DNA of 64,000 bases from a virus. The DNA lies in the IMG/VR virus record IMGVR_UViG_3300005293_000039, positions 1 to 64,000 of that record; one strand, 5' to 3'. Within the stretch, counting starts at the first letter, position 1; each line of letters opens with the position of its first letter. Below are positions 7,961-17,123 of this stretch, piece by piece. Under the pieces are notes generated by a model, which ran no database searches, was not told where the DNA came from, and saw only the letters and a list, made by a program, of their open reading frames with translations. The position numbers and the translations under genes were made by a program.

Positions 7961-8707
7961 TTAAGCTATAATCGGGACCGCCTCAATCTTCCCGGTTAGG
8001 TATTCTTTGATGAACGCAATTGCGTCCAGCTTCCACTTGCCGCCGTCCGCTTCGAAAAGCGCAACGGTGGGCAGCCCTCCCTCGCGGCCCTGCTTCATGC
8101 GTAGGACAAATGGAGAAAGTGGCTGTGTAACTTCGCGGAACGTGCGGAATGGCGCAAGAAAGACCGGGTTAGGGACTGACACGTCTTCGACGCGAGCAAT
8201 GCCCGACTTTGCGGTGACGGTTTGCGTTACGCCGTCGTCGCCGGTCTGTCGAACGTTCTCTTCCTTGATGTTGCCGACGATCTTGAGCACGGCCGCTCTG
8301 CCGTCGAAGTCTTCAAAGAGCGAAAGCAGTTTGATTACAAAAGATTCACAATCGTAAAACTCACCAAAACGGAAATCGCTCTTTGATAGAACGGCATCGG
8401 CGGTTGATGATGCATAAACGCAGCGTTGCTCTGCGCGTCCGAAGGTTCCAGATAGCACATCGACCTGGCGTTCGTTTACAACATGAACCATAAGACCGAT
8501 CTCGTCTTCCTTAACGCCATCAGCCCCGTTGTTGACGTATTCGACAAGGCCCGTAAGCGTGTTTAGCTTGAGCGTTGCGGGAACCGGTTCTTTTGGCGGT
8601 TCATAAACAGGCCGCGAAACGAACTCCGTATCGCCAACAGTTATCACTTGTGTTAGCTCGGAATCCTTTATGGCCCGGACAGCGGCATCAGGAATTAATT
8701 CAGACAT
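7961..8707 (-). CDS. Conserved phage protein, partner of the 114-aa upstream gene
   Basis: VPNPVFLAPFRTFREVTQPLSPFVLRM...ALFEADGGKWK signature. Confidence 0.75.
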   Translation of the reverse strand: MSELIPDAAVRAIKDSELTQVITVGDTEFVSRPVYEPPKEPVPATLKLNTLTGLVEYVNNGADGVKEDEIGLMVHVVNERQVDVLSGTFGRAEQRCVYASSTADAVLSKSDFRFGEFYDCESFVIKLLSLFEDFDGRAAVLKIVGNIKEENVRQTGDDGVTQTVTAKSGIARVEDVSVPNPVFLAPFRTFREVTQPLSPFVLRMKQGREGGLPTVALFEADGGKWKLDAIAFIKEYLTGKIEAVPIIA

Positions 8708-9044
8708 TCGCGGCCTCCTTTGTCATACCGACAACGTTGTCGTTGAATGTCATCTGCCGCGTATCGCGTTCGGTTGCGACTGCTCTGCCTGCGTGTCGTC
8801 CAATGTAGATCGCCGTACCGACTGCGCGGCTCGGCGCGAGTTTTGATTTGACTTCGATCATTGTGTTTGCGAATGAGCGATCCTCATCCGGCTTGACGGT
8901 AACGGTGAGCGTTACAGACCGCGCCGCCGTGGGTTTAGTGTTCGGATCGAGAATGTTTTCCAACACTCGATTCAGTTCGTCCTCAAACTTCTCAATCGCT
9001 GCTCCTTGGCCCAGCGTATCGAGACTTACAAATTGTTCGCTCAT
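8700..9044 (-). CDS. Conserved phage protein (often labelled replication terminator protein)
   Basis: GAAIEKFEDELNRVLENILDPNT...RSVTLTVTVKP...VKSKLAP. Confidence 0.7.
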   Translation of the reverse strand: MSEQFVSLDTLGQGAAIEKFEDELNRVLENILDPNTKPTAARSVTLTVTVKPDEDRSFANTMIEVKSKLAPSRAVGTAIYIGRHAGRAVATERDTRQMTFNDNVVGMTKEAANV

Positions 9045-9216
9045 TCCTCTCCCTTCGCTTCAAAGCGGTAAAGTGTCTTACGATCAACAACCATTCATTC
9101 CTAAGTGCTTTGTCTTCATTTCGAATCTGGTAAGGGCGGCTTTGCCAGTTAAGACCAACAGATACCTCCGACATTTTTTAAGTGCATCGGGTGGGCCTGT
9201 TAGCCGCCCTAATTCG

Positions 9217-10005
9217 TTCCTGCGGGCCGGATTCCCACCCGGCTCCCGATCTACTATCTGGTCGGCATCGTTTTATCCACGGTTTGTGATGTCCGTTGCA
9301 TACTGCTGCCCCTACCAGCGGGCCATGCCGCCTCTTACCCCGGCGCTGGTACGCCGCCGCAGGAAATTCACATTAGCCTTGAGCCGCCCTCCGCAACGTA
9401 GTGCTTGATCCGATTCAGCGGCACCTTGAACGTCCGGCCTTTCGCCTTCGGATGAGACTAGGCGACTCAAGATTGGCTGCGCGGGCCGATGGGATTCACA
9501 CCCATGTTGATGCGGCTTCTGACCGGCTTATTGATTCCGTTGTAGCGGCCCCGGCCTGACGTACCCGCGCAAACTTTCAAAAATCAATCGCTGTCTCTCC
9601 AGCGTGTCACACAACTTGTCAAGGCCAGTCTCGGTTTCCAGAACGGGATCTCACCGCTCGCCCGACTTGGTGATCTTGCTCATGAGGCAGTGTGTCGCCC
9701 GACCCGCTTGCGTTGCGGTAGCACCTCTGCGACGCCGCGCTATCATTAGCACCGATGTTTCGTTGTCATCGGCAACGCCAGAACTAACGCCTCACTGGAA
9801 GCCCGCAGTCACGACTGGAACAGTCGCCAGCATGTTGCCCGTTGGTCTGCGGCACCATGATTCGCCGCGCAACGCGACGAAACGCAAAACTTTTCAAACA
9901 ACATCTCCAGTGGGTTTTCTCTCGCGATCCTCACACCGCAGACTCTGTTCTCATAGAGTGCTGACCTATGCTTTTCTGAGTCCATAAGAGAAGCCTCACC
10001 GGAGA
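9217..10005 (-). ncRNA. Tandem array of about five structured small RNAs, two with tRNA-like acceptor stem and T-arm
   Basis: Closing stems 9217/9365, 9378/9471, 9478/9571, 9904/10005 and a multibranch unit at about 9588-9885; AU-rich linkers. Confidence 0.6.
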
Positions 10006-10011
10006 ATCTTT

Positions 10012-10659
10012 TCAGAACGGAATATCGTTATCGTCGAACGGATCGTCGGGTGGCCCACCCATCGGCGGCCCATCCGCATGATCCTCAATAGCTGGTAGCG
10101 TCTTTGGCTTTGGCAACAAGATATTGCGGTTCTTCGTGTCGATGCAGATCGTTGCAAAGCACGCCTGTACCGCGACCGCATCGTCAATTTGCAAATTCGC
10201 CGTAACCAGGTTTGCCAATTCAGCACAACTCAACAGGTGGTCGGCGTAGGATTCACGATTCAGGGTGCCGTTTTGGGTCGGCGCGTGACTGTTCTGCGAA
10301 CCGTTGCCGTTACCGTTTGTTGACGCCGCTCCCCACTCCCATTTCGCACTCGAAGTAATGATCAACTTGTCATACGTTTTGTTTTGATATTCCTCGTGGG
10401 CTACCTTCAAGCCAGTTAGACCATGTTGCTTGGATTGGTTGGCGCGTATCGTTACAGTCTGCCCCACACGATCGGCAGGGAATTCACGCATCAATCCTTT
10501 AAGCTTCAGCTTCCCACCCCCCTTAACTTGGACGTCCTGAAAGCTCCACGGGCCGTTTTCACCTTCGCCGGATTTGAAGGCAAAGACTTTCTCGATCGTC
10601 ACCGTTACATCAGGCGGCGTGAATCCTTCGGGCATCTTCAACACTTCTGCTAGATCCAT
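10012..10659 (-). CDS. Putative single-stranded DNA-binding protein
   Basis: OB-fold-like beta-rich N-terminus, Gly/Asn linker, acidic tail DDPFDDNDIPF. Confidence 0.7.
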   Translation of the reverse strand: MDLAEVLKMPEGFTPPDVTVTIEKVFAFKSGEGENGPWSFQDVQVKGGGKLKLKGLMREFPADRVGQTVTIRANQSKQHGLTGLKVAHEEYQNKTYDKLIITSSAKWEWGAASTNGNGNGSQNSHAPTQNGTLNRESYADHLLSCAELANLVTANLQIDDAVAVQACFATICIDTKNRNILLPKPKTLPAIEDHADGPPMGGPPDDPFDDNDIPF

Positions 10660-11629
10660 TTTCTTGCTCCTTCAATTGTTTGTACTGATCGCACCACGGT
10701 GCCGCGAGACAGTAGCTTTCGCAACGCTTATTCACTCCCGGCCTGAATTGAATCTCATGATTTTTTACGTCGAAGATTTCTATGTGCGCTTGCGCCTCGG
10801 CCTCGGTAGCAAACAGTTTTGCCGCTTTCTTGTTTCCTTTTTTCGTGAGCGCATAAACGTCATCGGCCTTCCATCTTTCTTCATCCGTACATAAAGGAAG
10901 TGTCTTCTTCGCGCCCTCAAACTCAGCAATCCGAGCCGCAATGAACGCCTCTGTTTCGCTAGTCGGCCATACCGGAATCTCAAACTTCGCGACTTGATGC
11001 GGTGGATACTTCTCTGTCGATCCGACTAATGATTTTTTCCAATCGCGATAGAGCGCGATGTTCACGATCTCTTTGACTGAATAACCATTCTCCTCGAGTA
11101 GTAGGCGGTTGATGTTCCCCTGTGCGGCCCACTCCGGTTTCAATGACAGGTAAGACACGTACACAGATTTCTCTTTCCAGTCGTAAAGAATCCCGAGTCG
11201 CTTGTCGTAAAGATCAATTTGCCCACCAATCGTTTTACGAAAGCGCTTGATGTAGAACCTTTCTTCGGCGAGGTATTCGTACTGCTCACAAAATTCCGCC
11301 GCGCGCTCAAGTACGACATGCTTGGATTGTCCTGATAGCGAATAGATCCGATCCGTAACGTCTTCAGTTATTTCCATCCAATGTCGACGTTTAAGTGCCC
11401 ACTGCCGCGCGGGAGTTCCCGCCAATTGCGACGTTGTGTAGTCGGAGCGGCCCGGCGAATACTTGTCGTTCATTACCGCTTGAACCAGAGGCTCAGGCAG
11501 GTTGTAAATATTCGTGATGCGCGGCTTACGGGTCGGCGGCTCAATACTTTCCGAAACAGAAGCGCCCCCCGCTTCCATTTCTTCGCCGTACTCGAATTGA
11601 GATTCGTATTCGCGTTTTGCGAAACTCAT
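10610..11629 (-). CDS. PD-(D/E)XK recombination exonuclease (Cas4-like)
   Basis: H..LE, E.RF, GQIDL...DWK, Q.NI, C-terminal RCESYCLAAPWC. Confidence 0.8.
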   Translation of the reverse strand: MSFAKREYESQFEYGEEMEAGGASVSESIEPPTRKPRITNIYNLPEPLVQAVMNDKYSPGRSDYTTSQLAGTPARQWALKRRHWMEITEDVTDRIYSLSGQSKHVVLERAAEFCEQYEYLAEERFYIKRFRKTIGGQIDLYDKRLGILYDWKEKSVYVSYLSLKPEWAAQGNINRLLLEENGYSVKEIVNIALYRDWKKSLVGSTEKYPPHQVAKFEIPVWPTSETEAFIAARIAEFEGAKKTLPLCTDEERWKADDVYALTKKGNKKAAKLFATEAEAQAHIEIFDVKNHEIQFRPGVNKRCESYCLAAPWCDQYKQLKEQENGSSRSVEDARRIHAA

Positions 11630-11631
11630 TC

Positions 11632-11862
11632 CTAACCTCTTGCTGCTCTTTCTGCTTTTGCTGCTAGTACTTTTCCTAATAGTTCGTAATTCATATGCTC
11701 ACCACGAAGAGTTGCCGGCCGTTCGGTCTCAGATAGTTCGCCTCGTAACAATGTGTCGGTGGCGCGTTCGCTATAGCGGAGAGCTTCACCAACATTGCGG
11801 CGCTCAGAAGCGAGCGACGCGAGTCGGAAATATTCAGCCGCAGTTTCAGTAGCGATGCTCAT
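11632..11862 (-). CDS. Hypothetical protein
   Basis: Operon-consistent ORF with RBS. Confidence 0.5.
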   Translation of the reverse strand: MSIATETAAEYFRLASLASERRNVGEALRYSERATDTLLRGELSETERPATLRGEHMNYELLGKVLAAKAERAARG

Positions 11863-12011
11863 AAGTCCCCATCCTCGTCGTGCTCAAGTGCGCGGTGATT
11901 CTCGTAGCAGTAGGAGCAATACTCAATCCCATCATTGCAGTCGTCGCATTCCCTTACTCCCACGCGCGCGCCACATTCCCAGCACTCCTCAACGTTGAAT
12001 TCCGCGCTCAT

Positions 12012-12221
12012 CTATTTAAACTCCGGTGGATCCGGTAACTGTTCGCGCCAACGAGCAACGATGTCCCTGCCGCACGGCTCGCAGTAGGCGAGATCGCTAA
12101 GACTAGCGACCTGAAATCCAAGATCGATCGATATGTAATGCGTGGCCGGTGCCGCACAGTCGGAGCACTCCAGCGGCTCAATCGGAATCAGGTCTACGCA
12201 GGATTTATCAAACTCAGCCAT
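12012..12221 (-). CDS. Small zinc-finger protein
   Basis: CSDC...YCEPC. Confidence 0.55.
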   Translation of the reverse strand: MAEFDKSCVDLIPIEPLECSDCAAPATHYISIDLGFQVASLSDLAYCEPCGRDIVARWREQLPDPPEFK

Positions 12222-12432
12222 TAGCGTTCCATCTCCACCTTAATCGTCCATCTCTCTGACTTAGATCGCAGATCATTTCTGAACCACAGTTGAGACACTT
12301 GATCGTTGCGCCCTCTTCATGAATTAATTCCTTCGCATCCTCTCTGCGGTAAAGTTCAAGCATTAAAGTGTTCTTACAGCACTGCTCCATACCTTGTTCG
12401 TTTACTCGATATGGAATGTTGAGTTGAGACAT
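12214..12432 (-). CDS. Small zinc-ribbon protein
   Basis: CC...CLNCG; likely start MSQLNIP. Confidence 0.5.
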   Translation of the reverse strand: MSQLNIPYRVNEQGMEQCCKNTLMLELYRREDAKELIHEEGATIKCLNCGSEMICDLSQRDGRLRWRWNANG

Positions 12433-12436
12433 CGAG

Positions 12437-13201
12437 TTACCCGCGATTGATTTCCTCACGGATCGAGGCACCGATTGTGTTAACACGATGTTGTTTGCAG
12501 ATCTCCAGCACGCGTCTAACCTTGTCTAAATCCAATCGGCTGTCGTCATCGGTCCGCACGCGACGCTCCATGTCGATCCAGTAATCGCGACCGGCGCAAC
12601 GGTGCTCAATAATGGCTAGTTGGCCCTCAACGTTGTCTGGCCCAAGCCCGCCTGCATAACCGCATGGAAAATCTACCTGCGGAGACGGCCACGTGCTCGG
12701 TAGGCGACCAGCACCGCCCGATGTGTCGTACAGCGCGGCGACATCAAATTGCTTCGCTAGTGGCGCATAGATGAAGTGGTCGTTTACGCCATCCCACTGA
12801 AAAATAAATTGTCGTTGCGGAAGCGTCAGCGAAGAAAGATTGCTTAGTAGGCCAAGCGTCGAGACGTGTTCTTCGGCGTGCGTGTTTATCTGAATGCGCT
12901 GTGAGATGGAAATTACTGAAGGCAGTTCGGACCAATCAAGCGCGCCAACAAATAGACAGCGCACCCATCGCCCGCATACGTGCGTCGAGAGATTTAACGG
13001 ATTCAATTCTCGGACGCGGTAATTCGCCTGCTTGACCAGAGCATCAATCCATTTCCGCGAAGGGAACCGATAGTGCCCCTCTGATTTAGCAGAAACCAAA
13101 ATGCCCCACTCAACAAAGGGAAACTCTTTTGAGAGCGACAAGAGATCGTCGATTGGCGTCGAATCGTCAGCTCCGGTAATTGTGACCTTCTCAAGTGACA
13201 T
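12437..13201 (-). CDS. Phage TIM-barrel protein, phosphoribosylanthranilate isomerase-like
   Basis: VTITGAD, EWGIL, DTSGGAG, GYAGGLGPDNV, WIDME..VRT. Confidence 0.75.
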   Translation of the reverse strand: MSLEKVTITGADDSTPIDDLLSLSKEFPFVEWGILVSAKSEGHYRFPSRKWIDALVKQANYRVRELNPLNLSTHVCGRWVRCLFVGALDWSELPSVISISQRIQINTHAEEHVSTLGLLSNLSSLTLPQRQFIFQWDGVNDHFIYAPLAKQFDVAALYDTSGGAGRLPSTWPSPQVDFPCGYAGGLGPDNVEGQLAIIEHRCAGRDYWIDMERRVRTDDDSRLDLDKVRRVLEICKQHRVNTIGASIREEINRG

Positions 13202-13325
13202 AACTCTTTCTCTTTTTCTCTCCCCTCAGATAGAGACAAACAAAACGTAAGTTATTGAAGCGGCTGCTTTGCTGTGAGTAGGGCTAAGCGTCCTCACCCC
13301 CGCCTAACCCTCCCCCACGTCTGGG

Positions 13326-13724
13326 CTACTCAATACGATCTGCGGCCTGTTGCCTAAGCAGCCATTCCAGCGTTCGAATGACTCTCGCGATCTTCATTTG
13401 AAACATTGGATTACCGTTTCTGGTTCTGACGGCCTCAGCGAAGATCTGTAACGCGTCCGATAGCGTTTCATCCCAGCTCGCACCCTTGATTAGTTCGCCC
13501 TCTTTCAACGCATAGAACCGGGCACGAAAATCCAGATAGAAAAGTTCTGCGCCTTCGGGATTCAGTCGATACGCTGCCTCTAAGAGCGCCACCATTCTTG
13601 AATAAGGATCTGAATCCGCTTCTGCCAGCCATTTGTAAATTAGTGACTTGTCTCTGCCGACTTCGAGTGCTATCGCCTTTACGTGATCTCCAATTGCTTC
13701 GCGGGTTATCTCAATCGGTTGCAC
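13326..13724 (-). CDS. CII-like HTH regulator
   Basis: KAIALEVGRDKSLIYKW HTH; directly downstream of the Cro-like gene. Confidence 0.6.
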   Translation of the reverse strand: MQPIEITREAIGDHVKAIALEVGRDKSLIYKWLAEADSDPYSRMVALLEAAYRLNPEGAELFYLDFRARFYALKEGELIKGASWDETLSDALQIFAEAVRTRNGNPMFQMKIARVIRTLEWLLRQQAADRIE

Positions 13725-13809
13725 GGTGATTCGAAAATTCAGCTCAAAGTTCTAATAGACAATTACGCATAGGGCATTTATCTTCGCTGAGCCGTACTTC
13801 CCCCGTAAC

Positions 13810-14010
13810 TCAAGCGGCGTTATCAACGCGCTCGAATTTTTTAGGAAACCTTTTTAGATAACGAGGTAAGCCGAGCTTGATGATTTGCTCAAGAGCCTGA
13901 GAGCGCGTGTGATCCCGGAGCTTGGCCTCATGGTCGATCTCACGCTGTAACTCCAAATCCGTTCGCGTCGAGATAATTACAGTCTCTTTGGTATTAGTGT
14001 CTTCACTCAT
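13810..14010 (-). CDS. Cro-analogous ribbon-helix-helix regulator
   Basis: MSEDTNTKETVIISTRTDLELQREIDHEAKLRDHTRSQALEQII; ATG at 14010, first gene of the leftward operon. Confidence 0.75.
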   Translation of the reverse strand: MSEDTNTKETVIISTRTDLELQREIDHEAKLRDHTRSQALEQIIKLGLPRYLKRFPKKFERVDNAA

Positions 14011-14111
14011 CGCGTATACATATATAGCGTATACGCGTATACCGACGCAAGCGTCAAAGTGACCGAAGTGTGATTTATTTCCTAGCCACGAGTCGTCTAC
14101 ATGTATACAAT
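14011..14111. promoter_or_regulatory. Divergent promoter/operator region of the lysis-lysogeny switch
   Basis: GTATAC at 14014, 14029, 14037, 14103; minus-strand TTGACG at 14057-14052; plus-strand TACAAT at 14106. Confidence 0.7.
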
Positions 14112-14124
14112 GCGCCGTGCAGCC

Positions 14125-14418
14125 ATGCCGAGACCGAAGCCGAAGGGCCCGATAAAGACGTTTCAACTACGCTTAAGGGCTGATGAGTCAAAGCGTTGGT
14201 ATGAGATTTTCGCTAAAGCCTTGGAGCGGAATCCTCGTATTAACGAAACGGAAATTAATCGTCGCCTGCTTGGGCTCGATGTGGATATTGACGGAGCGGT
14301 CACGGAAAAGGACCGTATCTACTTTCAAGGCCAAACGCCCAATGCGGATATGCTAGGGCGAGCTAAATCCTCAAAGGCCCACTTGAAAGAAGTCTCTCCC
14401 CGTACCAAGCGGCAATAG
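14125..14418 (+). CDS. Putative immunity repressor, Arc/RHH-like
   Basis: MPRPKPKGPIKTFQLRL alternating beta ribbon followed by helices; divergent from the Cro-like gene. Confidence 0.6.
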   Translation: MPRPKPKGPIKTFQLRLRADESKRWYEIFAKALERNPRINETEINRRLLGLDVDIDGAVTEKDRIYFQGQTPNADMLGRAKSSKAHLKEVSPRTKRQ

Positions 14419-14476
14419 CCCTCAGTAATTCAGCAGAAGAACGAGCGGGACAATTTAGTCACGAGGATACCCTCCC

Positions 14477-14734
14477 ATGAAGAACACCGACAAAACCGGG
14501 GCTCTCCCAGGCCCCTATGTCGCCGCTTTAGATCTTAATGATCTTCTAATAGACCATCCGGGTGCCAGTTTTATCTTTCAGCTTGGCAACGACATAGCGA
14601 TAGTCGATCGGGCCGCAATTCCTGACGATGCCAGTATGGTAGTCGTTGAGAATGAAGGCCGGTTCATTGTCGATCTCTACCGCCACCAAAAGATCTTCGG
14701 CGTCATCACCTACCGGATCTACAGAACGCTTTAG
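14477..14734 (+). CDS. Miniature UmuD-like (S24 fold) protein lacking catalytic Ser and Lys
   Basis: LDLNDLLIDHPGASF, DIAIVDR, VVVENEGRFIV, IFGVIT align by eye to UmuD; GDSM and VKxL motifs absent. Confidence 0.75.
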   Translation: MKNTDKTGALPGPYVAALDLNDLLIDHPGASFIFQLGNDIAIVDRAAIPDDASMVVVENEGRFIVDLYRHQKIFGVITYRIYRTL

Positions 14735-14762
14735 CAGAGAATCTTTCAAAGAAATTCCTCAG

Positions 14763-14812
14763 TCGGTCACTTTGACCCTTGTAGTGTATACAGATATAGT
14801 GTATACATATAT
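14763..14812 (+). promoter_or_regulatory. Sigma70-type early promoter with GTATAC operators
   Basis: TTGACC(14772)-17 nt-TATAGT(14795); GTATAC at 14786 and 14801. Confidence 0.8.
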
Positions 14813-14858
14813 ACGGTTGAGGTTAAAGGTACTGGGGATGCGAACGGAGATTAAGAAG

Positions 14859-15161
14859 ATGACAAAGAGGGAGACAAAGTATTTCAGTGGCGCGGTTGAA
14901 TTAAAAGGTTCTTATCCGCTTTCTCGCGAAGTCGTTCGCGCCAAGTTTCCGACTGGGACGCTCAAGCGTTATGACAGTTTTAATCTCCTGGTCGGCACTG
15001 TGGACGGAAAATACTCCGAAAGTAACTTCCTGCCAGTAACCCGGATCATCAACTACAACCGGCAAGGTTCGCGGCACAAATGCGATGGTCGCTGTCTGAA
15101 CGCGAAGCGCGGCGATTGCGAGTGTTCTTGTGGCGGCGTGAATCACGGAGCGGGGAATTGA
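14859..15161 (+). CDS. Cys/His-rich phage protein
   Basis: HKCDGRCLNAKRGDCECSCGGVNHG; ATG after GGAG. Confidence 0.7.
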   Translation: MTKRETKYFSGAVELKGSYPLSREVVRAKFPTGTLKRYDSFNLLVGTVDGKYSESNFLPVTRIINYNRQGSRHKCDGRCLNAKRGDCECSCGGVNHGAGN

Positions 15162-15411
15162 TAAGAGCGAGGCTGAGCAGCGGGGAAATTATACCGCTGG
15201 AGAGGGATTGCGATTGTGTCATACACGAAGGCCCGCACTGGTTACACATGGACGACGTTGACAAGAGGCTCAACGCGCCGCTGCGAGAGCGGGCAATGCG
15301 GGGCGAGCCGCTGGCAATCAAGGCATACGCCGAGGCTGAGTTGCGCCGCTTGGGCGCGAAGCGGTTCGAGGTGGAGCGGCAAAACATTGACGAGATCTTA
15401 AGAGGTTAAAG

Positions 15412-15657
15412 ATGGACCACACAGATCAACTTCGAGACTTAGTGCAAGACGCCGATCACGCCGCGACTGACGCGGAGAGGTTTGCGGGAACAGCCGTTCA
15501 ATACGCGAAAGACTCCAACTTCGCCATGTTCGAACAGACGATCGATGCCGCGATAGCTATGGCTGAAAGTCTTCCGCATCAGCTCCGCGCCTTGAAGACG
15601 TTTATAGCGGCGCACCCGGAGATCATCGTGAAGGTTGAACAGGTGGCGAGGTTTTGA
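15412..15657 (+). CDS. Hypothetical protein
   Basis: GAGG RBS, operon-consistent. Confidence 0.55.
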   Translation: MDHTDQLRDLVQDADHAATDAERFAGTAVQYAKDSNFAMFEQTIDAAIAMAESLPHQLRALKTFIAAHPEIIVKVEQVARF

Positions 15658-15675
15658 AAGTCGTAGGAGGCAACG

Positions 15676-15966
15676 ATGGCTAACACGGTAAAGAAGGTTT
15701 ACTTAGGCGATAGCGTGTATGCGGCGCTTGAGGGCGACCGTGTTGTGCTTACCACTGAGAACGGCTTCGGCCCGTCAAATACGATCGTGCTTGAGCCGAA
15801 GGTTTTCGAGGCGCTGAACCGATACGTCGGGGCTCATTCGGTCACAGGGACGACTGTCGATCACGACGACAACCGCGAGCAGCAGCAAGCCGAGGCTCAA
15901 TATCGCAACCATTTGCAGCGCCGTGGTATCACTGAAGCCGAACACGAACAAGAAATCGGCGGCTAG
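15676..15966 (+). CDS. Conserved phage protein
   Basis: YLGDSVYA...LTTENG...NTIVLEPKVFEAL; AGGAGG RBS. Confidence 0.7.
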   Translation: MANTVKKVYLGDSVYAALEGDRVVLTTENGFGPSNTIVLEPKVFEALNRYVGAHSVTGTTVDHDDNREQQQAEAQYRNHLQRRGITEAEHEQEIGG

Positions 15967-16037
15967 ATGCGCAGGGCTGACTGCGGGGGGCGCCCGCTCT
16001 GTTAACGCAGCCCACGAAGTCAACAAGGGACAACCCA

Positions 16038-16202
16038 ATGCTAAATCTCACGACAGTTACACGGCCAAAGAAGCAGAAATTTAATCCTGAGTATCAGAGA
16101 TTCAAAGAGTGGAAGTGGTTTTGTAAATCATGCGGCGTCGCTAAGACGAGTGCTGATACAGAAGCAGGACGCTGCACAAATTGCGGGAAGGGGACGCGAT
16201 GA
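16038..16202 (+). CDS. Small zinc-ribbon protein (not in ORF track)
   Basis: MLNLTT...WFCKSCG...RCTNCGKGTR; ATGA overlap with next gene. Confidence 0.55.
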   Translation: MLNLTTVTRPKKQKFNPEYQRFKEWKWFCKSCGVAKTSADTEAGRCTNCGKGTR

Positions 16203-16537
16203 AGCCAGAAGAAACAACGGTGTGGAATTCAACAACAGAAGACGACGACGTGATTCGTTTCGTGCTGCGCCGTAAAGAATGGGACCGCCTGATCACGGCA
16301 TTGGCGGGTAGTTGTACGCGGAACGCTGACGCGTGGGACGGTCTTGACGTGCTGCGCAACGCGCAGATCGACGTGCGGGCATCCGCAATGGTTAAGGCGC
16401 TAACTCAGATCGTCAAGTATGCGCAAGTTACCAAGCCCGACAGAAATGACATGGAAATTATTCGCCACACCGCAGAGCGTGGACTAAAAGACGGAGCGCC
16501 GGAGGCGAAAGAGATCCAAGAAGCGGTAACAGCATGA
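16199..16537 (+). CDS. Hypothetical protein
   Basis: Operon-consistent, ATGA overlaps at both ends. Confidence 0.55.
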   Translation: MKPEETTVWNSTTEDDDVIRFVLRRKEWDRLITALAGSCTRNADAWDGLDVLRNAQIDVRASAMVKALTQIVKYAQVTKPDRNDMEIIRHTAERGLKDGAPEAKEIQEAVTA

Positions 16538-16676
16538 CCACCGAAACTCACCAAAGGTTAATCAACCACTTAGTAGTAATTCTTCTACTTCTAATAGCTC
16601 TCTTTTATCTAAAAGAGAATGTTTATCCAAAGTTACAGAAGGCTTTTGATTTGAATTCACAGATGGAGTTGCAGAA

Positions 16677-17123
16677 ATGAGCAGATTGAATATCGAGTTG
16701 CTGAAGAAGGTTCGCGAGAAGATCGCAACGACGCCAGAGGCTTACGATCAGGGCAACGAAGCCTACAACGACCAGCGCTCGCCATGCGGCACCGTCGCGT
16801 GTATTGGCGGCTGGGCCGACATTTTGTCAGCACCGAATAAGGCGGAACGCGATAGACGCATGCGAGGGTTTGTTGATCTGGACCGCGCCGCCGACGCACT
16901 TGGATTGAGCGGAGCTAGCTTCTGGAATGAATACGCGGGCGGTATTCAGACTGAGCGGGCCATCTTGTTTACCGGCGATCCTGATGAGAACTGGCCCGCG
17001 CCGTTCGCCGGGCAATACGTCAACGCTCTGGACTCTGACGCGTTCGACGGAAACAGGGCAATCGCGGCAGTTGCGGTCGCCTACCTCGATCACATTATTG
17101 CCAGCGGAAAGGTTTTGGAATAA
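16677..17123 (+). CDS. Phage protein with CGTxACxxGW motif
   Basis: YDQ...CGTVACIGGWA...AADALGL...LF. Confidence 0.7.
   Translation: MSRLNIELLKKVREKIATTPEAYDQGNEAYNDQRSPCGTVACIGGWADILSAPNKAERDRRMRGFVDLDRAADALGLSGASFWNEYAGGIQTERAILFTGDPDENWPAPFAGQYVNALDSDAFDGNRAIAAVAVAYLDHIIASGKVLE

Noticed and set aside
9217-9571. Canonical or amber-suppressor tRNA genes
   Set aside because: No TTC T-loop, no proper D arm or 7-nt anticodon loop, no CCA; kept only as tRNA-like
10610-11629. CRISPR-Cas locus from the Cas4-like gene
   Set aside because: No repeat-spacer array or other cas genes seen; context next to SSB indicates recombination
12437-13201. trpF as a tryptophan-pathway auxiliary gene
   Set aside because: Matches a phage TIM-barrel family only loosely related to TrpF; no other trp genes present
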